Shown here piece after piece: positions 37,651 through 49,901 of a DNA stretch of 64,000 nucleotides (position 1 is its first letter; each line of letters opens with the position of its first letter). A program made the position numbers and the translations under genes. The DNA is from Stegostoma tigrinum (lineage: Eukaryota), in assembly GCF_030684315.1 (NCBI RefSeq), contig NC_081362.1, forward strand, positions 97,261,187 to 97,325,186. The letters are read 5' to 3'. Under the pieces are notes generated by a model. That model had not been told where the DNA came from, did no database searches, and saw only the letters and a program-made list of their open reading frames with translations.

Positions 37651-38469
37651 GTGGTATATTGTAGATACCCAGTGAATTAGTAGGACGTACTTGCTGAGGA
37701 AGGAGCTGATGAGTGAATGGATGACTGATGGTCTCTGTTGGAAACTATCAGCTGACCATCACTGACCTGACATGTTAGTCATCTTTTAGCAGTTTGTGTG
37801 GCTGACCCCCACCTCGAGGCCAGCACAGGTTCCCACCCACCTTTCCCAGGTCCCTGTCTCTCTCTGGTTCCAAATCCACTGTGCGGAAATGATTGGTATC
37901 ACTATTAATCCAAAGATCTGGGCTCGTCCTCCCAACGCAATGGATAAAATCCCACTGTAACAGAGCTGTGCAATTTAAAATCTGGAAGAGATGCAGCAAT
38001 GGTGAACATGACGCTGTTGGAGAAACGCTCCTGGTTTAAAACCATAATCCTGTGTTCACTAATGTCCTTTAGGGAAGGAAACTGCCATCCTTATCTGGGC
38101 TGGCCTACATGTGACTTCAGACCCACAGCAATGTGGTTGACTCGAACTGTCCTCTGACAAGGCTCAGAGGGTCAATGTGCTTAGGGCAGTATGTACAGGC
38201 TTTACCCGTGATGTCCACATCCCATATGAGAAAATTAAATGTAGCCGAGATCCTGCAGGTGCAAGCCCTCCTGCTGTACTGGAAGGGTGGGATCAGTACT
38301 AGGGAACGAGCAGGAGAGGGAATGGGATTTACTGGGAACAAAGATACTAAAACAGAGCAGCTGGTCCTTGAGTAACTCAACAGGTCGGGCAGAATCTGGG
38401 GCTGAGGGAGAGAAAGAGTTAATGTTTCCAGTCTGATGTAACTCTTTAATCAGAACGCAAGAGCTTTTA

Positions 38470-41400
38470 TTTTAATTCATTTCGTGGGATGTGGGTGTTG
38501 CCGGCTGGGCCCAGCATTTATTGCCCATCCCTGGTTGCCCCCTTGAGAAGGTGGGAGTGAGCTGCCCTCTTGAACCCCTGCAGTCCATGTGCTGTGGGTT
38601 GAGCCACAATGGCATTAAGGGAGTGAATTCCAGGATTTTGACCCAGTGACAGTGAAGGAACGGTGATATATTTCAAAGTCGAGATGGAGAGTGGTTTTGA
38701 GGGGAACTTGCAGGGGGTGGTGTTCCCATGTATTTGCTGCCCTTATCCTTCTAGATGGAAGTGGTTGTGAGTTTGGAAGGTGCTGCCTGAGGATCTTTGG
38801 TGAGTTTCTGCAGGGCATCTTGTAGACAGTACACACTGCTGCTACTGAGTGTCGGTGGTGGAGGGAGTGGGATGTTTGTGGATGTGGTGCCAGTCATGCA
38901 GCTGCTTTGTCCTGGATGGTGTCGAGCTTCTTGAGTGTTGTTGGGGCTGCACACACCCAGGAAAGTGGGGAGTATTCCATCACACTCCCAGGGAGACAAT
39001 GGCTTAGTGGTATTATCACTGGGCTGTTAATCCAGAGACCCAGACAATGTACTGGGGACCAGTGTTCAAATCCTGCTATGGAAGATGGTGGAATTTGAAT
39101 TGAATAAATATTTGGAACTAAGAGTCTCAGAATGACCATGGATCTATTGTCGATCATTGGAAAATCCATCTGCTACACTCATGTCCTTGGGCGAAGGAAA
39201 CTACCGCCCTTACATGGTCTGGCCTCCACGTAACTCCAGACCCACATCGATATGATTGACATGTAACTGCCCTCTGGGCAATTGGGGATGGGTAATAAAT
39301 GCTGTCTTAGCCAGTGATGCCCTCATCCCATGAATGGCTAAAGAAAAAACTTGTCAGCCCAAGCCGGGATATTATCCACATTTTGTTGCATCTGAGCACA
39401 GACTGCTTCAGTACATGAGGAGTCACGAATGGTGCTGAACATTATGTAAACATTGGTGAGCATCCCCACGTCTGACCTTAAGAGGAAGAGAAGGTAATTG
39501 ATGAAGCAGCTGAAGGTGGTTGGGGCCTAGGACACTATCCTGAGGAACTCCATCAGGGATGTCCTGGAGCTGAGATGATTGACCTCCCACAACCACAACC
39601 GCCTCCCTATGTGTCAGGTCTGACTCCAACCACCGAGAGATTACCCCCCGATACCCACTGATTCCAGTTTTGCCAGGGCTCCTTGATGCCACACTCGATC
39701 GAATGCAGCCTTGATATCAAGGGCTGTCACTCTCACCTCACCCTCTGGAATTCAGCTCTTTTGCCCCTGTTTGAACCGAGGCTGTAATGAGGTCAGGAGC
39801 TGAGTGGCCCTGGCGGAACCCAAACTGGGCGTCACTGAGCAGGTTATTGCTGAGCAGGTGCTGCTCGATAGCTCTGTTACTGACACCTCCCATCACTTCA
39901 CTGATGATTGAGGGGAGGCTGATGGGGCTGTAATTGGCCGGTTGGATTTGTCCTGCTTTTTGTGTACAGGACATATCTGGACAATTTCCCACATTGTCAG
40001 GTAGATCCCAGTGTTGTAACTGCACCGGAACAGCTTGGCTAGGGGCACGGCAAGTTCTGGAGCATAAGTCTTCAGTACTATTGCTGGAATGTTGTCAGGA
40101 CCCACAGTCTTTGCAGTATCCAGTGTCTCCAACCGTTTCTTGATACTATATAGAGTGAATCGAATTGGCTAAAGACTGGTATCTCTAATGCTGGGGACCA
40201 CGGGAGGAGGCCGTGATACATCATCCACTCAGCACGTCTGGCTGAAGATTGCTGCGAACGCTTCAGCCTTATCTTTTGTACTGATGTACTGGGCTCTTCC
40301 ATCATTGAGGATGGGGATATTTGTGGATCCCCCCTCTTTCAGTGAATTATCACAACTGGATGTGGCAGGTCTGCAGAGCTTAGATCTGATACATTGGTTG
40401 TGGGATCACTTACCTTTCTCTATCATTTACTGTAGTTATGCAAATAGTCCTGATCCGCAGCTTCAACAGGTTAAAGACTCATCTTCAGGTATGTCTGGTG
40501 CTGCTCCTGGCATCCCCTCCTGCACTGTCCATTGAACCCCTTGGCTTGATGTTAATGGTTGAGTCGGGGATATGCTGGGCCACAAGATTACAAATTGTGC
40601 TGGAGTACAGTTCTGCTGCTGTTGGTGGCCCACAGCACCTCATGGATGCCCAGACTTGAGTTGCTGGATCTGTGTGAAGTCTGTCCCATTGAGCATGGTG
40701 ATAGTGCCACACAGCACGATGGAGGGTATTCTCAATGTGAAGGCAGGACTTCGTCTCCACAAAGACTGTGCGATGGTCACTCTTACCGTTACTGTCATGG
40801 ACAGATACAACTGCAGCTGGCAGATTGATAAGGATGAGGTCAAGTTTGTTTTTCCCTCTGGTTGGTTCCCTCACCACCTCCCACAGACCCAGTTTAGCTG
40901 CTATGGCCTATGGGACCGGACCAGCTCGATCAGTAGTACTGCTGTCGAGCCACTCTTGGCAGTGGACATTGAAATCCCCCACCCAGAGTACATTTTGTGC
41001 CCTTGCCATTCTCAGTGCTTCATCCAAGTGTTGTTCAGCATTGAGGAGTCCTGATTTGTCAGCTGAGGGGGGACAGTATGTGGTAATCAGCAGGAGGTTT
41101 CCTTGCCCATGTTTAAAATTGGAGCCATGAGATTTCATGGGGTTGAGAGTCAATGTTGAGGGCTCCCTCCCAAGAGTATCCCACTGCGTTGCCACATCCG
41201 CCGGCTCTGCCCTGATGTTGGAACAGGGCATATCCTGGGATCCTGATGGTAGTGTCTGGGACATAGTCATACTCACAGAATTGTACCTTAGAAACAATGT
41301 TGGGCTGATGCTTGACTGTTCTGTGAGACAGCTCTCCCAATGTTTGCACTACCCCCCCAACGTTAGTAGGAGGACATGGCAGGGTCGACAGGGCTGTTTC

Positions 41401-41785
41401 TGCCATTGTCTTTTCCGGCGCACGGGTCAATACCAGGTGATCCGTCCGGTTTCATTTCTTTGAGACCTCGTAACGATTGGTACAACCGAGTAGCTTGCTA
41501 GGCCATTTTGGAGGGCAACTAAGAGTCAACCACATTGCTGTGGGTCTGGAGTCACATGTAGGCCAGACCAGGTAAGAATGGCAGATTTCCTTTCCTAAAG
41601 GATGTTAGTGAACCAGATGGGTTTTTCTGACAATGGTTTCCTGGTGATCGATAGATCCTTAATTCCAGGTTTCTTTTAATTGAATTGAAATTGCACCATT
41701 TGGCATGGCAGGATTTCAGCCTGGGTCACCAGAACTTTACGTGGGTCATTGAATTAACAGCCTAGTGATGACACCACTAGAACAT
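38470..41785 (-). mobile_element. Near full-length degenerate CR1/L2-group LINE (APE endonuclease + RT, no visible ORF1) with a tRNA-like SINE head at its 5' end
   Basis: Minus-strand fragments: LGELSH...QPNIV, YCPPS, WVGDFNVH, LDLIL, GKSDH, GPDNIP, NYSPISL, AQFGFR, GVPQDSVLGP. 3' tail near 38470-38560; 5' end runs into SINE body at 41510-41785. Confidence 0.85.
38990..39348 (+). mobile_element. tRNA-derived SINE inserted in the LINE
   Basis: Same family as 1505-1835 and 54928-55280. Confidence 0.8.
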
Positions 41786-42431
41786 CTCCTTCCCTCATTT
41801 GATCTTCAAATCCTTTCAATGACAACCCCAGAATGTCACAGCTACAGGGACCAGCTGATTCATTCTGAATGCACAGGGTGTGAGGTTGTGTGGGGCTTAA
41901 GGTGTTGTGGGGGGTGCAGTGAACACAGTATTTTCAATATTTCAAGTGTAACTGACACACAAATGATTGGAATCTGTGATCCTCTGAAATTCTCTGCCTA
42001 AATCCATGTGAAATTGCTTTATGAAGTTTGTCAGTCTTAGAGTTGGAGTCCGGGGGTGAATCTTAAGTTTCCCATCCCCCCTTCACAAGAGGAGATCACG
42101 CATCATGAGCAGAGGGAGCTCGCTCTGTTTCGACCTCAGAGAGTTGGAGAACCCCCCTCAAAACTCTAAGGGTCACCGGACCTGAAACATTAACTCTGCT
42201 TTCTCCTTCACAGATGCTGCCAGACCTGCTGAGCTTTTCCAGCAAATCTGTTTTTGTTTCCCCTCAAAACGAGCCCAGCTTTATCTGTCAGAGCTGGCTG
42301 GCCATCAGTGGATGGATCTTGATCATGCCCATGTGCTGAGCAGCTGTAACCATGTGGGATCCGAGCAGTAACACAATTTTCTTCCTTTGGGCTCTTGGCT
42401 TTTCTGATCTTCTGTTATTTCCTGTGCACAG

Positions 42432-42785
42432 GTCCTCATGCATGTCCCATTCTCGTTCAGTTCCCGAAAGTTGTGAAAGTAGCAGAGGGTAAAGCTGTGC
42501 ATCTTCAGTGCAGTTTGGAGAGAAGCAGCAGAAATAACACAGTGGAGAATTACACTGTCCATTGGTACCACCCCGAAAACAAGTCGCACATCTTATTGAG
42601 CCACTTTGCAGGCGGCAGCGTTTACCGATCAAAAGGATTCTCTGAGCGGTTCCAGCTTTCCAGAAATGTAACCAGTAACAGTTACATTCTGACCATCAGA
42701 GACCTGAAGCTCACTGACACCAACACCTACATCTGTGGGATTTGGGGAAATATTTTTGGAAAAGGAACTCGACTAAATGTAACCA
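42432..42785 (+). CDS. Exon 2: V-set Ig domain 1 with germline-joined J-like strand
   Basis: CACAG acceptor, A|GTAAGT donor, phase 1/1, 354 nt. Motifs VHLQC, VHWY, RFQLSR, YILTI, DTNTYIC and FGKGTRLNV. Confidence 0.92.
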
Positions 42786-42959
42786 GTAAGTACCTTTTAT
42801 ATTATCTAGGCTTTATCTCAAATAATGTCATCACATAACTAATTAATTGCAAAATAGTGGCTCACAAATGTCTTGCTTTTGTAAATCTGAGCAATAAAGT
42901 ACAGAATGGTATAGACTTCAATATTAACCAGGGAACTGGGGCAAACTCTCCAACGGTTG

Positions 42960-43830
42960 GAGTCATACTTGACAAGTGGTTGTTGGAGGTCAGTCATCTC
43001 AGCTCCGGGGCATCTCAGCAGCAGTTCGTCAGGGTAGTGTCCTCAGCCCAACCACCTTCACTGCTTCATCAATGACGTTCCCTCCATCATAGGGTCAGAA
43101 GTGGGATGTTCGCCGACAACAAATGTTCAGTACCATTCACAACTCCTCAGATACTGAAACGGTCCAGGTCCGTGGCCACGAGATTCAGGAACAGATTCTT
43201 TTCTGCTATTATCAGACTTATGAACAGGGTTCTCAAATGTTAATTCTGATTTCTCTCTATCTGCACCTTCTATGTGGCTGTGACACTATATTCTGCACGT
43301 TGTTCTGTCACCCTAATGCGCTGTTTGATACGATCTGCCTGTAGTGTATTCAAAACACTTTTGACTGTATCTCAGTATGTGTGACAACAATATATCAATC
43401 AATGTCCAAATGCAGCAAGGCCTGGGCAATATCCAGACCTGAGCTGACAAATAGCAAGTAATATTCACAGCACACAAATGCCAGACTATGGCCATCTCCC
43501 AAAAGGGACAATCTAATCACAGCCCCTTGACAGTGAAAGGCATCACCATCATTGAACTTCTACTACCGACATCCCATCAGATACATTGGAAAACCATCCC
43601 CTGTAAGTTCCTCTCCATCCCACTCAACATCCAGGCTTGGAAATATATCACCATTCCTTCACTGTCGCTGGGTCAAAATCCTGGAATTCCCCCCTAATGG
43701 CATCGTGGGTCAACCTACAGCAGGGGGACTGCAGCAGTTCAAGAAGGCAGCTCACCCTCACCTTCTCAAGAACAACTAGGGTCAGGCAATAAATGCTGGG
43801 CCCAGCCAGCGACACCCTCATTCCTGGATT
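42960..43830 (+). mobile_element. Fragmented copy of the CR1/L2-group LINE family seen at 1-890
   Basis: Nucleotide similarity to 1-320 and 660-890, including the GGCAATAAATGCTGGG tail. Confidence 0.75.
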
Positions 43831-44243
43831 GCATTAAAAAAAATTGTAATTTCAAAACTCATGACTTTATTTTTCAATCCCTTCCTGACCTCACTCCTCC
43901 CCATCTCTGATCGCCACCATCCATAAGGATAATATTAATATTTGCGTTCTTTTCATTCTGGACCCTTAAGCATCCCCAGTTGTCATTTCTTCCCATTGAC
44001 AGCTGGTCCAAACTTTGTTTTATAAAGCTCCTGCAATGCTCCATTTGACACTTCCCATCATCAACGGTGCTATATACAAAGAAATTTTTGTTGATCTGAC
44101 TCAGTAACAAACTTAACACAACTGGTTCAGTCTTAGCTCATTGTTCAACATCTATCTTGTGTTGTTAAAACTGAGCCTTTGAAAACTGACAACACTGATT
44201 TTTGGACTAGATTCTAAGTTAATTGATGCTTTTTCCCTTAAAG

Positions 44244-44588
44244 GTGCAAATGCCCCAAACCTTCACCAGTATCTGATCCCAGAACATGTCACAGAGGGAC
44301 ACACTGTCCAGTTACAGTGCACCATGAGGAACGCCGCAGTGACACACACCGATGTTCACTGGTACCGGGAGCGAACAGAGAATAACACAGAGTGGGTTTT
44401 AACATATGATGTGAGGAACATCACACAAAGGAGCCCTGGATTCACTGATCGATTCCAGTCTTGCAGAGACCCCTCCAATAACAGCTTCATTCTGACCATC
44501 ACAAACGTGCAGCCCAATGACACTGGGGTCTATTACTGTAAAGTGTGGGGAGATATCAATGGGAATGGATCCCAGCTGACTGTAATGG
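44244..44588 (+). CDS. Exon 3: V-set Ig domain 2 with germline-joined J-like strand
   Basis: Pyrimidine tract + AAG acceptor, G|GTATGT donor, phase 1/1, 345 nt. Motifs VQLQC, VHWY, GFTDRF, FILTITNVQPNDTGVYYC and NGNGSQLTV. Confidence 0.92.
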
Positions 44589-44715
44589 GTATGTCCTGTT
44601 AACACAATCTGCATCAGGCCTCACATTGTGAGATGGCTGGAAAATATCCAAAATTTGAAATAATTTAACAGGAAGCTCTGTTTGCTCACAATGCCCCTCC
44701 TTTCTCTATTTCCAG

Positions 44716-44850
44716 TTCCTGCAGTGGAAATGAACAGAGAGTTGTGGATAGTCTGGATCAGTGTGGGAGCTGCTGTGGGAGTTACTGTCATCGCTGGAGC
44801 TGCTCTTCTCTTCTGTATCAGATGCACTCGGCCTGGGAAACAGTCATCCT
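44716..44850 (+). CDS. Exon 4: transmembrane helix and juxtamembrane CxxC (LWIVWISVGAAVGVTVIAGAALLF-CIRCTRPGKQSS)
   Basis: TCCAG acceptor (alternative in-phase CAG at 44724), T|GTAGGT donor, phase 1/1; 24-residue uncharged hydrophobic stretch. Confidence 0.88.
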
Positions 44851-45047
44851 GTAGGTGGAAATCAATCTTTCACTGAAACAATATTAATAAGGAATGATCC
44901 AGTTTGAGTGAATGGAACCACATATTGAAGTTAAATGAGAATGAACACCAGAATCAGATACAAAGAGAAATGTTTATTATTGTCCTCCGGTGATTACTTC
45001 ACTCTGTTTGTGCATCATTTAAAAGTAAACACTGTCCTCTTTTGTAG

Positions 45048-45121
45048 CTTCTCCCCAAGATACTAGAGAACACAGTCTGATGCTGGAATATGAAAACATT
45101 TCTGATTTCAGAAACACAAAG
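45048..45121 (+). CDS. Exon 5: cytoplasmic (SPQDTREHSLMLEYENISDFRNTK)
   Basis: CTCTTTTGTAG acceptor, AAG|GTAAGT donor; phase 1/0 gives an open frame with a tyrosine motif. Confidence 0.82.
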
Positions 45122-45494
45122 GTAAGTGGAATCAGGCTATCAGTTTCCTGCTTTTCTCTGTTATAGCAGCTTCGTTGTTGTAGATATGAAGTTTTATTGA
45201 CCTTTCGGTATCACCTCAGTACTGCCTCAGTCCTGGTTGTGAATGTCAAAAACATGGGTCTCTGCTCACCTCACCACTGGTCACAGTGTTCCAACATTCC
45301 CTTAGTAATGCCAGAGCTGTGCATGGCTTTAAACAAGCACACATCCCTAACAACATCACAGTGGTTACCATTGACCCAAAACTCTACTGGACTTGCTGCA
45401 TCAATACGCTGGCTGCAAGAGCAGGTCAGAGGCTGGGAATACTGCAGTAAGGAACTCACCCTCTGACTCCCCAAAGCCTGCCCACTATAAAGCC

Positions 45495-47170
45495 ATAGAC
45501 ATGTACACTACAGAGAAAGTTCTTTTAGCCCATCATGCCTACATCAGTCAAACACGGCTACCTAACTGCTCTAATATCATTGCCCAGCACTCGGTCCATA
45601 GCCTTGTGTGGCTTGGCATTGCAAATGCACATCTAACTATTCCTTCTATGTTATGAGGATTTCTACCTCTACCACCCTTACAGGTAGTGAGTTGCAGATT
45701 CTCACCATCTTTTGAGTGAAAAAGATTTATCTCATGTCGTCTCTAAACCTCCTGACCCTTCCCTTAAATCTATGCCCCCTGGTAATTGATCTCTCCATCA
45801 AAGGGGAAAAATTCCTTCCTGTCAACCCTGTCTTCATTCCTAATAAAGTTATCCCTCTCAATCATGTCCCCCCTCAGTCTCCCCTGCTCTAAGGAAAACA
45901 ACCCCAGTCAATCTAATCTCTATGTAACAAACTTCCCTGCACAGGCACCATCCTGGTAAATCTCCCTCTGCACCCTCTCCAGTGCTGTCACACCCCTCCA
46001 ATCATGGGGGTTCCAGAACTGCTCACAATACTCTAGCAGGGACCTCGTGTTTTACACAGTTCCAACATCACCTCCCTGTGCTTAAACTCTAATAAAGGCA
46101 GGCATACCATGTGCCTTCTTAGCCAGTTTATCAAGCTGTTCTGATTCCCTAAGAGACTGGGGGGAATGTACACCAAGGTCCCTCTGATCCCTCATGTTTC
46201 CCAGGGTCCTACAGTTCATCGTCTATTCCCTTACCTTGTTTGTTCTGCCCCAGTGCATTACCTCACAATTAACCAGATTGAATCCCATTTGCCATTGATC
46301 AGTCCATCCGACCAGTCTGTCTATGTCCTCCTGCAATCTAAGGTTATCCTCTTCACTATTGACCACTGTGAACCTACCTAAACCCTCCTGCGTTCAAGTC
46401 TAAATCATTTATACAAAGCACAAACATCAAGGGCCCTCACACAGATTCCTGTGTAATCCCACTGGACACAGGCTTCCAATCACATGGTCACCCCTTAACA
46501 GTCACCCTCTGCTGCTGCTGCTACTTGGCCGGCTGTAGATCCAATTTGCCGAGTTTCCTTGGATACCCATGGGAACTGCCCTTTACAACAGTGTCCCATG
46601 TGGGACCTTATCAATAGTCTTGCTGAAATCTGAGCAGACTATGTCAAAAACATTGCCCTGTTCTACATACACAGTAACTTCTTCAAAAAATTCAATCAAG
46701 TCTGCTAGACATGGCCTCCCTTTAACAAAACCACGCTGTCTGCGATTAAATAATCCCTGCCTCACCAAGTACAAATTAATTCAGTCCCTCCGAATTGCTC
46801 CCAATAGTTTCCCCACCATTGAGGCTAGACTGAGCAATCTGTACTTCCCTGGTTTATCCTTGTTCCCTCCTTGAATAACAGCACCACACTGACTGTCCTT
46901 CAGTCCTCTGGCACTTCTCCTGTAGCCAGAGAGGAATTGGAAAATTATTCCCAGTGCCTCTGCTGTTTGCTCCATTGTCTCCCTCACCAGCCTGGGATAC
47001 ATTTCCAGCTTGGAGATTTTTCTACTTTTAAGCCTGCCAGACCACTCAGGCTCTCCTGTCTGTCTGTGTTGATCTCTGTAATGGTATCACAGTCCTTACC
47101 CCTGATCTCTGTACCCACATTGTCCTTCTCACTGTGACACACAATAACCTGACCTACATCCGCTGGCTCC
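45495..47170 (-). mobile_element. Old degenerate CR1, antisense
   Basis: Minus-strand QRGFVKGRPCLADLIEFFEEV, DFSKTIDKVPH and PGKYRLLSL motifs. Confidence 0.8.
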
Positions 47171-47179
47171 ACATACTTG

Positions 47180-47537
47180 TTTTCAATTCATTCACAGGTT
47201 GAGGGCATTGCTGGCTAGGCACATTTATTGCCCATCCCTAATTACTCAGAGGGCAGTTAAGAGTCAACCACATTGTTGTGGGTCTGGAGTCACATCTAGT
47301 CAGGACCAGGTAAGGATGGGAGATTTCCTTCCCTGAAGGGCATTAATGAACCAGATGGGTTTTTTCCGACAATCGACAATGGATTCATGGTCATCATTAG
47401 ATTCTTAATTCCAGATATTTAATGAATTCACATTCCACCATCTGCTGTGATGGGATCTGAACCCAGGTCCCTGGAATGTTATCTGCGTCTCTGGATTAAC
47501 TGTCCAGCGATAATACCACTAGGCCATTGCCTCCCCT
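47180..47537 (-). mobile_element. tRNA-derived SINE, antisense
   Basis: Reverse complement of the 54928-55280 family. Confidence 0.8.
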
Positions 47538-48204
47538 ATTACCATGTGGCACACCATGGGCCCAACTCTTCCCCTAGTCATCCTTTTACTCTGAACATAC
47601 CTGAAAAACTCAGGGTTTTCCTTTCTTTTATCTGCCAGTACCTTTTCAATGCCCCATTAGCCCTGCTAATCTCCTTTCCAAGTTCTCTCTTGGACATTCT
47701 ACACTCATCCAGGGATTTGGCTGTTTTGAGCTCTCAGTATCTGCCATAAACCACCCTTTTTCTCTTAATCCAGTGCTGTATATCCCTAGATAGCTAAGAT
47801 TCACAGCATTTGATAGTTTCAACCTTTTACTTTACAAGGCACAAGTCAGGAGTGTGATGGAATACTCCCCACTTGCCTGGGTGAGTGCAGCCTCAACAAC
47901 ACTCAAGAAGCTTAACACCATCCAGGACAAAGCAGCCGCTTGATTGGCACCACATCCGCAAGCATCCACTCCCTCCACCACCGACACTCAGTAGCAGCAG
48001 TGTGTACTATCTACAAGACGCACTGCAGAAATTCACCAAATATCCTCAGGCAGCACCTTCCAAATCCACGACCACTTCCATCTAGAAGGACAAGGGCAGC
48101 AGATGCATACAGGGTGTGGTGTTACCATGTATCTGGTGGATGGAAGTGGTCATGGGTCTGGAATGTGCAGCCTGAGGATCTTTGGCGAATTTCTGCAGTG
48201 TACT

Positions 48205-49901
48205 GCCCTAAATGAGTTTTTTGCTTCTGTCTTTACGAAAGAAACCAACTTTGTAGTGAATGAAACCTTTGAAGAGCAGGTGTGCATGCTGGAATGGATA
48301 GAGATAGACGAAGCTGATGTGCTGAAAATTTTGTCAAACATTAAGATTGACAAGTCGCCAGGCCCGGATCAGATTTGTCCTCGGCTGCTTTGGGAAGTGA
48401 GAAATGCAATTGCTTCGCCACTTGCGAAGATCTTTGCAACCTCGCTCTCCACTGGAGTCGTACCTGAGGACTGGAGAGAGGCAAATGTAATTCCTCTCTT
48501 CAAGAAAGGAAATAGGGAAATCCCCGGCAATTATAGACCGGTAAGTCTCACGTCTGTCGTCTGCAAGGTGTTAGAAAGGATTCTGAGGGATAAGATTTAT
48601 GACCATCTGGAAGAGCATGGCTTGATCAAATACAGTCAACACGGCTTTGTGAGGGGTAGGTCATGCCTTACAAACCTTATCGAGTTTTTTGAGGATGTGA
48701 CTAGAAAGGTTGATGAGGGTCGAGCTGTGGATGTGGTGTATATGGACTTCAGTAAGGCATTTGATAAGGTTCCCCATGGTAGGCTCATTCAGAAGGTCAG
48801 GAGGAATGGGATACAGGGGAACTTAGCTGCTTGGATACAGAATTGGCTGGCCAACAGAAGACAGCGAGTGGTAGTAGAAGGAAAATATTCTGCCTGGAAG
48901 TCAGTGGTGAGTGGGGTTCCACAGGGCTCTGTCCTTGGGCCTCTACTGTTTGTAATTTTTATTAATGACTTGGACGAGGGAATTGAAGGATGGGTCAGCA
49001 AGTTTGCAGACGACACAAAGGTCGGAGGTGTCGTTGACAGTGTAGAGGGCTGTTGTAGGCTGCAGCGGGACATTGACAGGATGCAGAGATGGGCCGAGAG
49101 GTGGCAGATGGAGTTCAACCTGGATAAATGCGAGGTGATGCATTTTGGAAGGTCGAATTTGAAAGCTGAGTACAGGATTAAGGATAGGATTCTTGGCAGC
49201 GTGGAGGAACAGAGGGATCTTGGTGTGCAGATACATAGATCCCTTAAAATGGCCACCCAAGTGGACAGGGTTGTTAAGAAAGCATATGGTGTTTTGGCTT
49301 TCATTAACAGGGGGATTGAGTTTAAGAGTCGTGAGATCTTGTTGCAGCTCTATAAAACTTTGGTTAGACCGCACTTGGAATACTGCGTCCAGTTCTGGGC
49401 GCCCTATTATAGGAAAGATGTGGATGCTTTGGAGAGGGTTCAGAGGAGGTTTACCAGGATGCTGCCTGGACTGGAGGGCTTATCTTATGAAGAGAGGTTG
49501 ACTGAGCTCGGTCTCTTTTCATTGGAGAAAAGGAGGGGGAGAGGGGACCTAATTGAGGTATACAAGATAATGAGAGGCATAGATAGAGTTGATAGCCAGA
49601 GACTATTTCCCAGGGCAGAAATGGCTAGCACGAGGGGTCATAGTTTTAAGCTGGTTGGTGGAAAGTATAGAGGGGATGTCAGAGGCAGGTTCTTTACGCA
49701 GAGAGTTGTGAGAGCATGGAATGCGTTGCCAGCAGCAGTTGTGGAAGCAAGGTCATTGGGGTCATTTAAGAGACTGCTGGACATGTATATGGTCACAGAA
49801 ATTTGAGGGTGCATACATGAGGATCAATGGTCGGCACAACATTGTGGGCTGAAGGGCCTGTTCTGTGCTGTACTGTTCTATTTTCTATGTTCTATGTTCT
49901 A
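48205..49901 (+). mobile_element. Young 5'-truncated CR1 with uninterrupted RT and C-terminal domain
   Basis: Open ORF to 49806 with FADD catalytic motif; (TGTTCTA)n tail; short TGTACT flanking duplication. Confidence 0.95.

Noticed and set aside
42432-44588. Conventional rearranging Ig/TCR V segments, an IgNAR/NAR-TCR cluster or a germline-joined light chain
   Set aside because: No RSS after the second Cys, no separate J or C1 exon in the window, and V2 is followed 127 bp later by a TM exon.
44790-44850. Calling the gene CD4/LAG3, CD8 or NKp30
   Set aside because: No C2 domains and no Lck-binding CxC/CxH clasp in the tail, no CD8-like hinge, and no charged TM residue as in NKp30.
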